Source: Balanoglossus misakiensis
Lineage: Eukaryota > Animalia > Hemichordata
DNA: 64,000 bases
Reading direction: 5' to 3'
Assembly (NCBI GenBank): GCA_040954595.2
Contig: CM082587.2
Location: 10,359,403 to 10,423,402, forward strand
Shown: positions 1 through 12,901 of the stretch, piece after piece
Numbering within the stretch: position 1 is the stretch's first letter
Layout of the letters: every line of letters starts with the position of its first letter
Program-made: the position numbers and the translations under genes
The notes under the pieces: generated by a model
Told to the model about the DNA's origin: nothing
Seen by the model: only the letters and a program-made list of their open reading frames with translations
The model's database searches: none

Positions 1-1145
1 AAAATGCACAATCGCTATGAAAACTAGGGTTTGGCCGCTCCACTAGTAGCTCTTTTGATCGCGCAGCTTTTGTTTATCACGGTCTTGGACTGGACAACGT
101 TTGCTTGGCTGTGCAAAACAGCTGCTATTGTATCGCACTACATTTGGCTGGCGGCATTCTGTTGGATGAGCGTCATGGTGTTGTGCCGAATTCGGCCCCA
201 TGCCGAATACGTCCCCGCGCATGCCTTGACAAACAAACCGTGGCTTCTAAGGGATAAGATCGGCAGGTAAAGCAGCTGATTTCAGCCCCAGTGCCGATTA
301 AGACCCCAACTAAAGTCATGTTAACTGTTGAAAGCTAAAAGTGATGGTTTCGGCCTAAATGGGTGAATATCTGCCCATGGCCCTGATTTGTTGGTGGAAT
401 GAAATTAAATCCTTGCGGTAATGCAATGTCCAAGTTTATAGTGCAGTACAATGTACATTCATGCACAGCCTTACATGCACGTTGGATGGCAAATCTTTCA
501 CACAAGAAAATGCAATATTTCAGACACATGTTACTGATGACCCGAGCATGCGCGGGACGTAATCGGCACGGGGCCGAATTCGGCACAACAATGGCATTTG
601 ACATCGTGCACATGCGCACACAACTGACCCGCGCCGATTTGGGGAATGGCAACATATTTGTGTACTACTGTCTGTATGCCTGGTTGCTACCATTCGTTTT
701 CGTTGGAGTCTGTGTAGTGATCGATCATACTGCTCCGTATGGTTTCCGAGTTGGTTACAGTGAGGGTCCTGTATGTTGGATCGGTCGGCTGACGCCTTTG
801 ATTGTCAGGTTCCTCGGCCCTGTTGGCCTGATTGTTCTTTTCAATGTCGTTTGCTTAATATACACCGTGTTCTCCATGTTAGCATCGGAGAGAGAAATGA
901 AAAGGCACCGACACACGTCGTACACGGCTCAACATGTAATCTTTTCTATCAAGATGTCTACCGTTATGGGGTTGACGTGGATTATTGGTTTTGTGGATGG
1001 CTTTTATCAGGCCGATGTTTTGGAGTACATTTTCATTGTTGCCAATACCTTGCAGGGTGTTTTCATTTTCGGGGCGTTTCTGCTACGCATGAAAACAGTC
1101 GGGCTGTACCGTGGCCTGTGTTGTAAGACCGAAGGTCATGTTTAA
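1..1145 (+). pseudogene. Adhesion/secretin-class (family B2-like) GPCR 7TM-coding exon, disrupted
   Basis: Joining 28-178 to 595-1145 (removing the insertion and one ATGG) gives continuous TM2-TM7: ALLIAQLLF..HYIWLAAFCWMSVMAFDI..YCLYAWLLP..CWI..GPVGLIVLFNVVC..MGLTWIIGF..YIFIVANTLQGVFIF. In-frame TAG at 25-27 and insertion at 179-590. The 5' part lies outside the window. Confidence 0.8.
179..590. mobile_element. Non-autonomous TIR element (MITE), Ginger-like
   Basis: About 46-bp TIRs TGTTGTGCCGAATTCGGCCCC.../...GGGGCCGAATTCGGCACAACA; 4-bp TSD ATGG (175-178, 591-594). TGT termini with a 4-bp TSD fit Ginger. Confidence 0.8.
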
Positions 1146-1919
1146 GATCATGTTTAAGAATTGGAAGTTCAAAACATAAAGTGATACTGGGTCATTCTGA
1201 AACTTTGTAACAGAAAAATAACAAAATGTGAAGACAATCATTTTTGACCAAAGAAAGTCACGAAATATAGCAAACGTATCATTTCTTCTATCTCTCACTG
1301 TTGTGAGTTATCTACTTTTACCCAGAATGCAATTATTATCATGTGATTTGACCCCCTAGCATAAAGTGAAAACCTATTTATATTAGGCCTATTTAAGGCA
1401 GTCAGAATTGCAATGCCCACTCTTTTGCCTCTCATCAAACGATTGTAATTCGAGTATGGTGCATACTCGTGGCTAATATAAATCAAAGCGACCATTTCAT
1501 CGATTTTTGCGGTGTTTTGATGAACTGTGAGCAGTCATCACATGGCCTGCTCGTGAATTCTACCCTCTGTGTGTATGTCCACAAACAGGTAATACGTCCC
1601 CAAAGAAAAAATATGTTTTGAAGGGTATTGACCTGTCATCAATCAAAACGAAGCTTTGGGTGAGAAAAATGTTCTAAGTATTAAAAAGTACCACCTTTTG
1701 GGGAATGACAATTTACAACTGCTTGGATGGACCAACACAACAGGAAGGTGCTGTAGGCCTATTTATTTGACACTCTACAAAGTGTCGCCATTTATTTTCA
1801 GTGGTGGCTAACAGAAATTCATTAATCTATAGAATAAAGTTTACACAACCAGCCACAATTATATAACTGTAATGTATTTCTAAGTTGTAAAACATCTTAT
1901 TTGTTTAAAATACCTGACT

Positions 1920-2520
1920 TTTATCCAGAAGATGTATAAAATGTTGGGTCAGACTTTTAAAAAAATGACAAATAGTAGATACCCAAAGAAATGTTATGAA
2001 ATGTCATACCATATTGATAGATCAAGAACAAAACCTACATGAATACATCATATTAAAAATACTAGTATTCGTTTTTTTGCTATTTTGTCCATTGTATGAG
2101 GAGGAGGGGTCAAAGCTAATTCCTCTAAAATTCCGTATTAACCCTACACGGGAAAAATGTTTTGTTTTCTTAACTTAAAACTCAGCAACTTCAATATACA
2201 CTTGCAGTTTTCGTTCATAAGTCTTTTAACGGGATTACTTTGTACAGCAGCAAACGCAGCAGAATTGATACGCTGGCTTATAGTTTAATTCCATGTAGTA
2301 TTTCTCTCTGTAAACAGAGTGTCTTTATGTGATGGGCTGAGGCCCTGACATTTGAAATAAACAATTCTATTCTGTATTTCTGTATTCGTTTTCAATCTAC
2401 AAAATGTATTGGAAAACAAGAAATTCTTGGTGAGAAAAGTTTTATGAATTCATTTGTGGGAAATCTTAAATATTTGTGTATTGTAATTGTTTTAGCGAAA
2501 TTTGTACAACTGATAACTTT
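1920..2520 (+). mobile_element. Degraded LINE 3' remnants, including a 5'-truncated insert at 2076-2381
   Basis: Frameshifted peptides RCIKCWVRLLK/MTNSRYPKKCYEM and LLFCPLYEEE..LIPLKFRINP resemble LINE ORF2 C-termini. AATAAA plus an (ATTCT)n-like tail at about 2356-2381. Direct repeat GTATTCGTTTT at 2065-2075 and 2382-2392 is a putative TSD. Confidence 0.5.
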
Positions 2521-2759
2521 TCAAATATTACACTTTACGTCACCTGTACCAGAACAATGCCTCTTAGTTGTTTAAAATCTTACGCATATATGAAAATGTT
2601 GGCACGATTAAAGCCCCATGAGCTCCAACTCGAAAAAAATGCAATATTTCATTTTAAAAAATACGGGAATTTTCGACTATACTGATATTTCTTGGATTTT
2701 TGGACCATTTTGTCATAAATAACAGTTATCTTGATTTACAATCAGACAAAATCATTTAT

Positions 2760-3615
2760 GATGTTTGATACAAGGCACCATTATGTTATTCTACATCTGG
2801 ATATGTAGTGAATCAACGTTCGACCACACACAACTCCCATCCCATTTGTAAGATATGACAGTAAAAATCTCGACAAAATGTATAAAAGGTAAACACCGAT
2901 TATTCATTTTGGCGAGTTTTTCGGTCCCATTGGTATGTACCATGGGACCTTATGGGATCGGTTGCGTCTGTATGTATGGATGGATGGATGGATGTATGTC
3001 CGTCCACATCAAAAACCTGAAAACCGCTGCGTGTATCACCTTGATATTTGGTGTGCTGATGCAGGCTGGGCTGTAGATGGGAGTTTGTTCAAATGAAGTT
3101 GTCATTGCCAAAAATATGCAAATTAACTGGAAAAATGTGAATTTGGGCAAAACTCAGTAACTCACGAACTACTGGTCAGATTGCTTTGCAAAGTGATGTG
3201 TATTTACTTTAATATTGAGTTGTTTTAATGAGGCAGGAAGCCCCCATCCTGTGATTCATATAAACACAGCCAATTCCTGAATGATTACATAACTGGCTAA
3301 GTTTTAAAGAGGCCAGCTGTTCTATTTAGTTTATGTACAGTACATATGCCATTGGCAGCTTATGGGTCAGTCAGTGTTTGCCCATTGATCTCTCGCTATG
3401 TGTGTGTGTGTGTGTGCACGTGTGTGCCTGTCTGTCTGTATATGGCCATGTGCTCCGGTGTAGACTTTTTCTTGTGTAATCACTCAATGGGACCACCGTG
3501 TCCTTGACGCGATTTTTTCACTCTCGTGTCTACAAGTGGGATGGAAGGTGTGTGTGGTTGAACGTTCATTCACTATATATCCACATATATATTAACATAA
3601 ACGGTGTCTTCTCTT
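2760..3615. mobile_element. Copy of the Kolobok-like MITE family, split by a microsatellite-bearing insert (about 2920-3515)
   Basis: 2760-2920 and 3520-3612 match the two halves of the MITEs at 35816 and 52568. The insert sits in a T-run, has GGTCCCATTG/CAATGGGACC inverted motifs and contains (GGAT)n and (TG)n tracts. Confidence 0.55.
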
Positions 3616-3744
3616 TAATAAACAGAATTAAAAGCATATCCGGAACTATTTAAAGCTTAATGTTTTTTTTCCATTTGCAGCTCAAGAGCCTTTAAGGTCA
3701 AACATTGTGTTTAGCAGAGCTCGTTTTATTTTAGTTGCAATTTG

Positions 3745-4010
3745 TGGTTGACCATACTCACCTGTATGAAATGATTGGATCAGATTGTAATCTCTTCTGT
3801 CTGTAAGAGTTCATTTGATTCGTTTACTACATTCACGCACCTGTACATTAAATGATTGGGACTGTAACCGTTATTTCTGTAAACTTGTATCTGATTGGTT
3901 GACTTTACTCTGTGGAACATGAAATGATTGGATTGTAATCTATTCTCTGTGAGAAAGTTGGTCTGATTAGTTGACCATATTCACCTGTGCATGAAATGAT
4001 TACTGTAAAA
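3745..4010. repeat. Degenerate tandem repeat, unit about 70 bp
   Basis: About four copies of GTTGACCATA..CACCTGT..TGAAATGATTGG..GTAATCT. Confidence 0.55.
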
Positions 4011-4037
4011 TGTCGTCAAATAAATCAATAAAGTATA

Positions 4038-5245
4038 TGTAACACAGGAACATTGGACACGCACACCACGGTTAGAGTTCAATTCCAATGAGCACTTTTA
4101 TTCCAGCTTCCATATGCAGTCACACATTACAATGGTTCAATTTGGATAATGATAGACCATAAGTGGTTTTGACAGGAGCGAGACTTGTATAGTAAACTGT
4201 AAGTGACTTGAAAACAAGTACCACAACCAAACAACTACGCAACAACAAAGAACCTGCAAAGAAATAAAGATTGCAGTGTCAGTGTATTTCCCCATTACTC
4301 ATGGTCAGACTAAGCGTCAGTGACTAAGACACAAGTAAATACATACACAAAAATATTCAGGTAAATCAATGAAATTACAATACAGTTCTCAACATCAGGG
4401 AGATGCTAATATACTGATGAATTGTAAACATAACGTCAACATGGCTTCATCATAGTATAAATCATGACACTGTACTGATAATATATGCATTGTGCAGTAC
4501 TATTTCAAGTATTCAGAATTACAGTAAATAACAGCAAATTAGACAAAACCAGGTAAGTCTGTTTAAAAGGTACAATTCACTCACCCTGACTAACAGGTAA
4601 GTAAAGCAATCAATGGGTAACCAACCAACAGTCCAAATCTGCTCGTACGACTGTCCTGTACAAACAATAGACCGCTGTGTAAGTTGCTGAGCAAGAACCA
4701 TGCATTTCACGGAATACAGAAATAGTCTGTTCATATTTACTGCAAATATCGATATTAAATGAAGCTGGATTCATCAATCAATGTAAAACAACTCTAAATT
4801 ACTTTTTATGAACATTCAAACTTACAGACAAAAATAGATAAGACTTTCACTGAAATTATTGTACGCACATGGACGCCACGTGTAACATCATATGTACAAA
4901 GTTGTCTGTACCGAAATGCAGCAAATATCAAATAAATACAAGAAATATATTACAAATTACTCTTGACAAAAACATAACATCTTACCAAACAAGTATGTGT
5001 AGTTATCAAAGTAACAATGCTGGCCACAAAGTGGATGTCGCCGGATGAAATTCAATGGTTGAATCTCACAAGGTAAGTACAAAGTAGCAGCGCTCACCAC
5101 AAAGTGGATGGCTCCGGATGAAATTCAGTGATCGAATGACAGGGTTACAAGGTAAGTACATGTACTATAGCAAGAAAAACACTGTCTGCGCATGCGCACA
5201 AATTATAGTGCCCTCACACGACACTTATGGTTTTATATCCTCACA
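4038..5245 (-). repeat. 3' LTR (1208 bp)
   Basis: TGTAACACAGG...ATCCTCACA; matches 15905-16505 plus 37448-38053 with about 12 differences counted by eye. Confidence 0.95.
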
Positions 5246-5258
5246 CACTTCCCTGCTT
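5246..5258 (-). promoter_or_regulatory. Polypurine tract
   Basis: Minus-strand AAGCAGGGAAGTG directly precedes the 3' LTR. Confidence 0.75.
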
Positions 5259-5347
5259 AATGGTTAGTGTCCCATCAACCATCAAACAATCAGTCGTGCG
5301 CAATAGTAGATAACATCTGCATAATTAAAAGGTTTGTTTTAGCAATA

Positions 5348-7157
5348 TCAGTTAAACACTTGTTCATCTACACGTAATGAAGCGGTTGCTTCTCTAATTG
5401 CTGATCTTGGCAAGTGATGTGGGTTGTAATGCTGACCAGCATTCGCACGGCTTGTACGTCTAAGTCCTGCTGGTGCAGTAGGCTGAGTAAGTGCATCTGA
5501 TGTGCCAGTCACAGTCGTAGTATCTGTCAAGGTACTGGAGGTTTGCTTCCCTGCTTTGAATGAAGCACTGGGTATATCATCAGTCGGGGACTCTGTCTGT
5601 CTGGTACATGGAGTATCATCTCTAACTGAGCCAAGGTGAGTCATACCCATACTATCTGGTGCGTTACCAGACTGTGTACCACAAATTGTATTCCAATGTT
5701 GTATGTCAACACCATAGTCACACTCGTCGTCATCGGAATCATTACAGGACAACTCTTCTGGTTCATCACCGCCAGTATCATCACAGAGCTTCATTTCTTT
5801 CACAAGGCTTCTAGCATCTAGCAACTCTTTCCTATTGACGGTTTTCTGACATCCTCCATCAACTGGTTCTACGACATATGTATGTCCGCCTGTAGCAAGT
5901 CGGTCAATAACTCTATGGGGTTCTGGACTCCATACATCTTGGATTTTATTCCTCCCTCTGGTAGTCCAGTTTCTAAGGAATACTCGTGTTCCTATTGGTA
6001 AATCAGTGTTGGTAGCTTTACGGTCACATCTAGTCTTTCTCCGCAAAACTTCTATCTCTGTCCTTTGTGAGGCGAGTTTGTATGCATCCATCAGTCTCTC
6101 ATAATGTTCAGCAATCCACTCTTCTACGATATCACTATCACTATCAGTACTATCTGGAGCAGTTCCAAGTAAATGGTCCATGGGTAGTGTAGGCTCTCTA
6201 CCAAAAAACAAATAATGTGGTGAATAGCCAGTAGTGGAGTGGGGTGTGCTATTGTAGGCATAAACAAGTTCAGGTAGGAACTCAGTCCATCTGCGTTTCT
6301 TCTCTGGAGTCAGTGTACGCAAACGATCGTGGAGAGTGCGATTAAATCGTTCACACTGTCCATTGCCCTCAGGGTGATAGGCAGTAGTACGACTTTTGGT
6401 AATCCCATACAATTTACAGAGTTCTTGAATAACTTTGCTCTCAAAATTCCGGCCTTGATCACTATGTATCCTTCGAGGTTCTCCGAACCGAACAAACCAA
6501 TCACGCACTAAAACACGGGCCACAGTCGTTGCCTTCTGGTCACGAGTCGGAATAGCTTGCGTGAACTTTGTGAATACGTCTGTCAGCACGAGTACATTTT
6601 CGAAGCCATTGGAACTTGGTTCCAACACAGTAAAGTCTACAGCTAACACTTCGAGTGGCCTATTAGCAGTCAAGGATCCCATGGTGGGGTGAAGTTTCTT
6701 CCCTGCTTTAGCCAATGTACAGCCTTGACATCGTTGACAGTACTCGGTCACTTCTGCCAACATTCCGGGCCAGTAGCATCTGGTTTTCAACAAAGCCATA
6801 GTCTTTTCAGCAGCTTGGTGTCCAACCTGGTCATGTACAGCTGCCCACCGAGTCTCCGTTGCTCCCAGCTTGGCTGACGTCAGCAAGTAGCTTAAAGGAT
6901 TATTGTCCGTATACACAACAAATTCTGCTCCAGTCAACAGGTCTCGAAACTTCTGCGTTATTGCCCATCTCAATGCAAGAAGTTCCAATTTCATACTGGA
7001 GTAGTTTTGCATATTCCGTTCATGGGGCTTTAAGCTTCGACTTGCATAGCCAAGGACAACGATTCTGTCTCCTTGTTTCTGGGAAAGGACAGCTCCTAAA
7101 CCATGCATACTAGCATCTGTCTCAAGTATAAATGGTAAATGGAAATCTGGATACCCA
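5348..7157 (-). pseudogene. pol: pol fragment: RNase H and integrase
   Basis: YPDFHLPFILETDAS..GLGAVLSQ, ELLAL, YTDNNPL (RNase H); H..GH..CQRC zinc finger, AVDFT, HSDQG, GQCERFN (DDE integrase). Internal deletion near 6840 fuses ETRWAA to VHDQVGH. Confidence 0.92.
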
Positions 7158-8731
7158 CCCTTACAAAAATGCCAACAAAGCAGCAGCTCTGCAGCAGCCT
7201 TCAGCAGCTCTGCAGCAGTTCTGCTGTGAAGGCATTGTGGTGCTCTTGCAGACACGCTGTGGTGTTCTCGCAGAGAGTGTCTCTGCAGCAGAGGCAATGC
7301 GGCAGGTCGCAACTAAATGTGGCTCTACAGTAGAGGTGGTAATCTTTGCAATAAGGACACAAGAGCTTGCCGCAAAGTAGCCGCAAAGATGCAAGGCTTT
7401 TCTCTATGCAGAAATGATGCAAGAATAATTCTCAAAGTACAAATCCATGCAGCAGGGACACAAGAATTGACCTCCAACTTTGGTTGACCTTAATTGATAT
7501 CAGGTGATGTGAAACAAAGCTAGTAATTGGCCAAAGTCATTTTGCCGCCATTTTCTAAACTTGCAAGCTTCAAACTACAAGTGTCTCCAGCTAGCTGCCA
7601 CATCATGAGTATGTTCAGGTGGACTGTCTTTCATTTAATGCTTTTGGATGTACCAGATGCCAACACGGAGGTACAGCAGAAGACACTGATCATTCAAGTG
7701 TACATCTGAAAATATTTTACAGAACTTGGAAAGGGAAGACAGCTAGATGATAGATCCCAAGTTTCTTCAAGTTCAAGCTAGGCAGGCATTACATTTTTTA
7801 TACATTTTTTATACATTGATTGTTTGACACATTTTTTACTGGATTTATTCGTAACTTGTTATTTGAGTAACGTAGTGATGTTGATGATCGATGTTGAGAT
7901 ATTTTTATGGCTGAACTTATTCAGGCATTTACGGGCAGGGCTGGGTTTGGTTGATTTTGCCGATTGGTGTTGGATGGCCCTGTCCGACGATCAGAACAGA
8001 TCAGCGTCTGGCAGCATCTGTTGCCGGCCACCATGAAAATCTATTGCTATCAATGCTAAAATCAACTGTTGATAAAATAAAAGGCTCGACAGTCTGTCTC
8101 AAAAAGATGGTATGCATACCAAACTGTTTCCTGTACACTGCATGCTTACTGTACTTTGCGTCCGTGTTATCCAAGCAAGCGAGAAAAAGAAACATCTTGT
8201 TCATTTGTAAGCCCTTCTTCAATAAATTAAATGTGTCCGTGTTCAGTTAACACAGCCAAAAACTCGTAAAAACTTCCGTTTTTCCCCCCTGACTTCAATA
8301 AATACGATTGAATCACACTGTTATGCCGCCATGTTGTTAGTATTCCATAACTTTACATAAAATGATTACAACTTTGACCCCTTAGAAATTTTTGTTTCTG
8401 CATTACGGCTGTTTTTGTCCTGAACTAAATTTTGCTGTTCTATGTGAAATACTCCATGATAGTGATGTAAAATATGATCTCTTATAATTATATATTAATC
8501 AAGTGCGTACATGTATGTGTATGCCATGCATACATAAATGTCTGTATGCATTTTTCAGCATCAGTGCAACTGGCTGCGGCAAGGATGCGGCAGTCTCTGC
8601 GGCAGCTCTGCAGAATCACCTAATTTGCATGCGAAAAACGGCTCTGCTGCGTCTACCTGCTGTAGAGCTGCAGCAAACCTGCTGTAGAGCTGCTGCAATA
8701 TATCGCGACAAGGCCTATATTTTCATAAGGG
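7158..8731. mobile_element. Non-autonomous CMC/EnSpm-like DNA transposon inserted in pol
   Basis: TIR CCCTTACAAAAAT / ATTTTCATAAGGG; 2-bp TSD CA (7156-7157, 8732-8733); subterminal GCAGCAGCTCT/CTGCTGCA repeats. Removal restores APILGYPDF. Confidence 0.85.
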
Positions 8732-9577
8732 CAAGTATAGGTGCGGAAGTCAACATCTGTTTGAGAGTGTTGAATGCTTCTTCACAGGAATGGTCCCAGA
8801 CGTCTTTAATATTCCTGGAAAGCTTGTCTGACTTTCTTCTCTTTCTAACTTCCTTCGTCTTTTCTTCAACTTCAGACGTCTTTAACAGGTCGTGTAGTGG
8901 TGCCGCAATACTTGCATAGCCTTTGACAAACCTCCTGTAATAGCTGGAGAGACCAAGAAATCGACGAAGTTCATTTTCTGTCTCTGGTCGGGGCCAATCT
9001 GCTACAGCACGAACTTTTCCAGGATCTGGTAATGTCCCTTCACTGGTAACCACATGCCCAAGGTAGTGAACCTTGGTACGAAACAGTTGACACATCTCAG
9101 GCTTGACCTTGAGGTTCAGGTTGCTGAGACGAGAAAGAACTGTATCAAGTCTGGTTAGGGCCTCCTCAAAAGTGGAACCAAACACCAAGATATCGTCCAG
9201 GTAGACGAGCAGAATCTGGAAATTAAGGTCTCCAAACGCCTTGTCCATTAATCTCATAAAGGTCGCGGGTGCATTACATAACCCGAAAGGCATTCTCACA
9301 AATTCATAAAGTCCACCAGTTCCTGTCCTGAAGGCAGTCTTCTCAACATGTTCCTCGTACACAGGAATCTGATGATAGCCATGCGCAAGATCTAGGCTAC
9401 AGAAGTACTTGGCTCCATTTAACACATCCAATGCCTCATCAATTCTGGGTAATGGATACGCATCTTTGTGAGTTTTTGCATTCAATGAGCGATAGTCCAC
9501 ACAAAGTCGCAGTTTGCCATCCTTCTTTCGAACTAGGACTACTGGCGATGCAAATGGACTCGACGATTCCCGGATAA
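8732..9577 (-). pseudogene. pol: pol fragment: reverse transcriptase
   Basis: SPFASPVVLVRKKDGKLRLCVDYR, LDLAHGYHQI, MPFGLCNAPATF, YLDD, FLGLSSYYRRF. Confidence 0.95.
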
Positions 9578-11634
9578 GGCTGCACAAATTCAAAACTATG
9601 TTTGACGTCACCCCAAGACCCCAAAACCTATGAGGGGGGCGGTTTACAAAACAAACTAATTATATATTCCAAAATATGCAAATGAGATATTATGAGAAAT
9701 TGAAAGCAAATATCCATTGTAGAAAACCTTGTCCTTAAACTTTAAACATATTTTACATCTAAATTATTCCACAGACGTTTACAGTGTCACGTTCAAAGAT
9801 ACTGAGTAAACAGTAAATTCAATATTAATGCACATACGCATATATCAGTTGAACAATTTTATTGAAAAAAGTTTCAGCCAAACACTTTGACAGTCACAAT
9901 TTCCATTTGATGAAGTCCATCTGTTCTGTACAACTTGCTCATGACAACAGTCAAAACACAACATTTTCTGGCGAAGTGGAACTGTTGAAAATTTAACAGT
10001 TGAAAATTTAACAAATTTAACTCTGATTCTGGCTCACAACACACGTTCCATAGAGAGGATGACTTGGTTGTACAAGTACCCCGCCACAGGTATAAAGACC
10101 ATCATCTAGGAATACCTGAAGTTGCTGTTTTTTTTTTGCTGTGAATCAAGCCTCTTTGCAGATAAATACGCCTATCAAAGAGAAATAAAAAACAGAGAAG
10201 TCTTAGTTGTATTATTTTTTTATATACATGTACATATACATAGAAAACACATAACAAGACACTGTTCATGTCTCAGTGTACGAGGTTCAGTCCCTTTCTC
10301 TTCACTTTTTTCACAATACACAGTATTTACTACATTGTATGGCTTGCAGTGTGGTTAATTGACAAATGAGAAAGATATATCCAATTTACAATGGATATTA
10401 AAATGTCCAATATAGTACTGTGTACAATGCTTTACCATACCCGGGCTTTTCGCAATCTATGCAGGGCACCAGTCCACAGCTCCAACTTTTCACCACTCAG
10501 CCTGAAGTTGATGTTTTCTGCATCAAGTACCAGTCCCTTTCTGCTGGGGCAATTAATTTCACGTGTTGGTCTGCCTTAGACTTCTGTAAACCTTTCAAAG
10601 TGGTCCCCTCTTTCATCCGGAACAGGATCTATTGCAAAGAAAAAAGTACAAATTAAATGGAGGTTTACATGACCTGTACAGGTACTACAGCATAAACTGT
10701 ACTTACTTAGGCCAGCACTACAGAAGGCAAAGCTTTAGAGTTATAACAGAATAGTGCCAAGTTCTGTGCTACTAAATAACACAAAAATCAGAGTTTGTAA
10801 TTCTACTCAAACAAAATTTATTTTAGCAAATTTGTTTTCAGTCTATATGTGGAATGCAACAAATTGGCTCTGGCAACTTGTTCTGGGCTGCAGTATGGTC
10901 ATACACAACATTTATTCACTGACATACAACAAAATTGTAAATAAAATAATGTTTTACTAACCTTGGATCACATGGACAGCCTTGAAATCACCTTTCATTC
11001 TGACCATGGAGGTACCTCCATAATTCTGACTGGTCTATAGACATCGTTCTGAGTTTGCACTACGTCAGCGTTGGTATTTTCGTCTCCCTTTGATTTTACA
11101 TAAAAAAGAATGTAATACTTGTGGAACCGATCACACGTTTTTGCGATAGACAATCGTGGACACACCTCTATCTTCTCACCTTCACCACATTTTTCCGACT
11201 GTAACAGGTAACAAGACGTTCTGCCATCTTTTGCAATTTTTGTTTTGAACCGATCGTGTTTAGTCTGACTAAGGAGAACTAGCCCTTTGTACAGCGCAGC
11301 GAAGCTGTCATTTGGACTGACTTCGAAGGCATACCAATCCATTGCCACCTTCTTGTTCTGTGTAACTCTGCAACTTATAATTTCGCGTACTCTTGTTTTC
11401 TGCACATCTTTTGCCATCTTTCTCCAATTTTACCCACAGGCGACTTTGAAACCTACAGACGACACGTTCTCGTCACGCAACAACCACGGTCGATACGAGG
11501 AAACAGTGAGACGAACAGACATATGACATCAATGACCCCGTTTGACCTCATTTGCATATTTGTTTGTATTTGCGAAATTTCTCGTAAACCTAGGCGCGCG
11601 CTGACGTCAAACATAATTTTGAATTTGCCCAGCC
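9578..11634 (-). mobile_element. Internally deleted DNA transposon (GG termini, TAA TSD; Zator- or PIF/Harbinger-like) inserted in RT
   Basis: 33-bp imperfect TIR GGCTG(CA/GG)CAAATTCAAAA(C/T)TATGTTTGACGTCA; TSD TAA (9575-9577, 11635-11637). Removal restores ERGIIRESSSP. Confidence 0.85.
10436..11417 (-). pseudogene. Spliced gene remnant inside the TAA-TSD element (possible transposase N- and C-terminal pieces)
   Basis: 140-aa ORF from ATG 11417. GT donor near 10961 and AG acceptor near 10630. The next exon reads DPVPDERGDHFERFTEV*GRPTREINCPS..CIDCEKP with a stop and a frameshift. Confidence 0.45.
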
Positions 11635-12822
11635 TAATGCCACGCTCCAACGATTTGCTAATATATTCACAGACTTTATCCCACTGGTGTGGTGGTACTC
11701 TACGATGGGGTAACTTTACTGGTTTGTCATCAGTTGTGATAATCTTGTGTTGTACAATGTCACAGTAACCAATGTCATCCTCATCTTTACTGTACACTGA
11801 TTCATATTTTCTGATCAATTCATGCAACTCTTCTCGCTGATTCTGACTAATATCACCAACATCCATTCTGGACATCAGGTTCTGCACAGTATAGGGGTAA
11901 CAACGTTGGAAACAGCATTGTTCTTGACTTGTACCTCATTCTCACTAACAGTACAGAATTCAATGGTTGGCTCTATCAAGGCAGGCTTAATCATACCAAT
12001 TGGAGTGCGTGGTAACAGGTAAGTATCAGTGTCACTAAAGTTAGCCACTTGCATAGGAACTCTGCCAGTCCTGTCAACAGAAACATAGGTTGCACCTAAG
12101 GCTATTCCACTTGGTAAATCAGCGACATGAGCAATATGTCTCTCCAAAAGTGCATGGTATATCTGTCCTGGTGCAGCAGGTTGAACTGAACCTTCGATCA
12201 CACGAATAGTACGAGCAGGAATCAATACAGGCCCCCTAGCAGCAATTCGAACTGGTCTGACATGTGAGGTCGTCACAACTGTCTCCTGGTTCACAGCTTT
12301 TGATGGGTAAACCTCCAACACATGAAGGAATTTGATGTCATCAGCACACAGTGTTTTTGATAACTCCTCCACATAGTTATCACCATACTCGTCTATAAGT
12401 GTTTTTCGTACATCTCTAAACACATTGGATCCAAGCACACCTGGTATTTTCTTCTTACGTGTCTCAACTGGAGTGTCGATTGGATCACGTACCACAAGAA
12501 ATCCTAAGTTAGGGAACGTGTGATTACATACTGTGACGGAAAGCTCTACATAGCCAATGTATGGAATCTCTAATCCTTGGGACGCAGAAATCTGGATAAA
12601 TGACGTGACATCTATTAACTTTCCCTCATGAGCTAGGTGCTCTTTAAAGAAATGTTCAGTCACTGTTGACACCTCCGCACCAGTGTCGATTAAACATCCG
12701 ACTTCAGTATGTCCAAGCTTGACTGTAGCAACAGGACAATCTCCAACAGCTCTATGTACAATTGAGCCTCCGTCAATAGTTGTCTCACCTACCACGCGGC
12801 TCTCAGCAGTAGGTTGGGTTAG
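11635..12822 (-). pseudogene. pol: pol fragment: aspartic protease and pre-RT region
   Basis: CLIDTGAEVS catalytic motif and VLGSNV. Frameshift near 11885 leads to DIGYCDIVQHKIITTDDKPVKLPHRRVP. Confidence 0.9.
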
Positions 12823-12828
12823 TTTAAA
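12822..12828 (-). promoter_or_regulatory. Putative -1 ribosomal frameshift slippery heptamer T TTA AAC at the gag/pol junction
   Basis: Minus-strand CAT TTA AAC TAA ends gag; the protease frame is open across this site. Confidence 0.7.
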
Positions 12829-12901
12829 TGCTGCATTTGGGAACCAGGTGGTGACGTCTTTGCAGATTGCTCACTACGGGGTTTCTTCCGAGGACATGCA
12901 T

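Noticed and set aside
534-560. CTGATGA motifs here and elsewhere as hammerhead ribozyme cores
   Set aside because: No properly spaced GAAA with flanking stems could be identified.
7158-7312. N-terminus of the 654-aa ORF (MRPAALPLL...)
   Set aside because: Chance read-through from the EnSpm-like insert into pol; the real pol sequence resumes at 7157.
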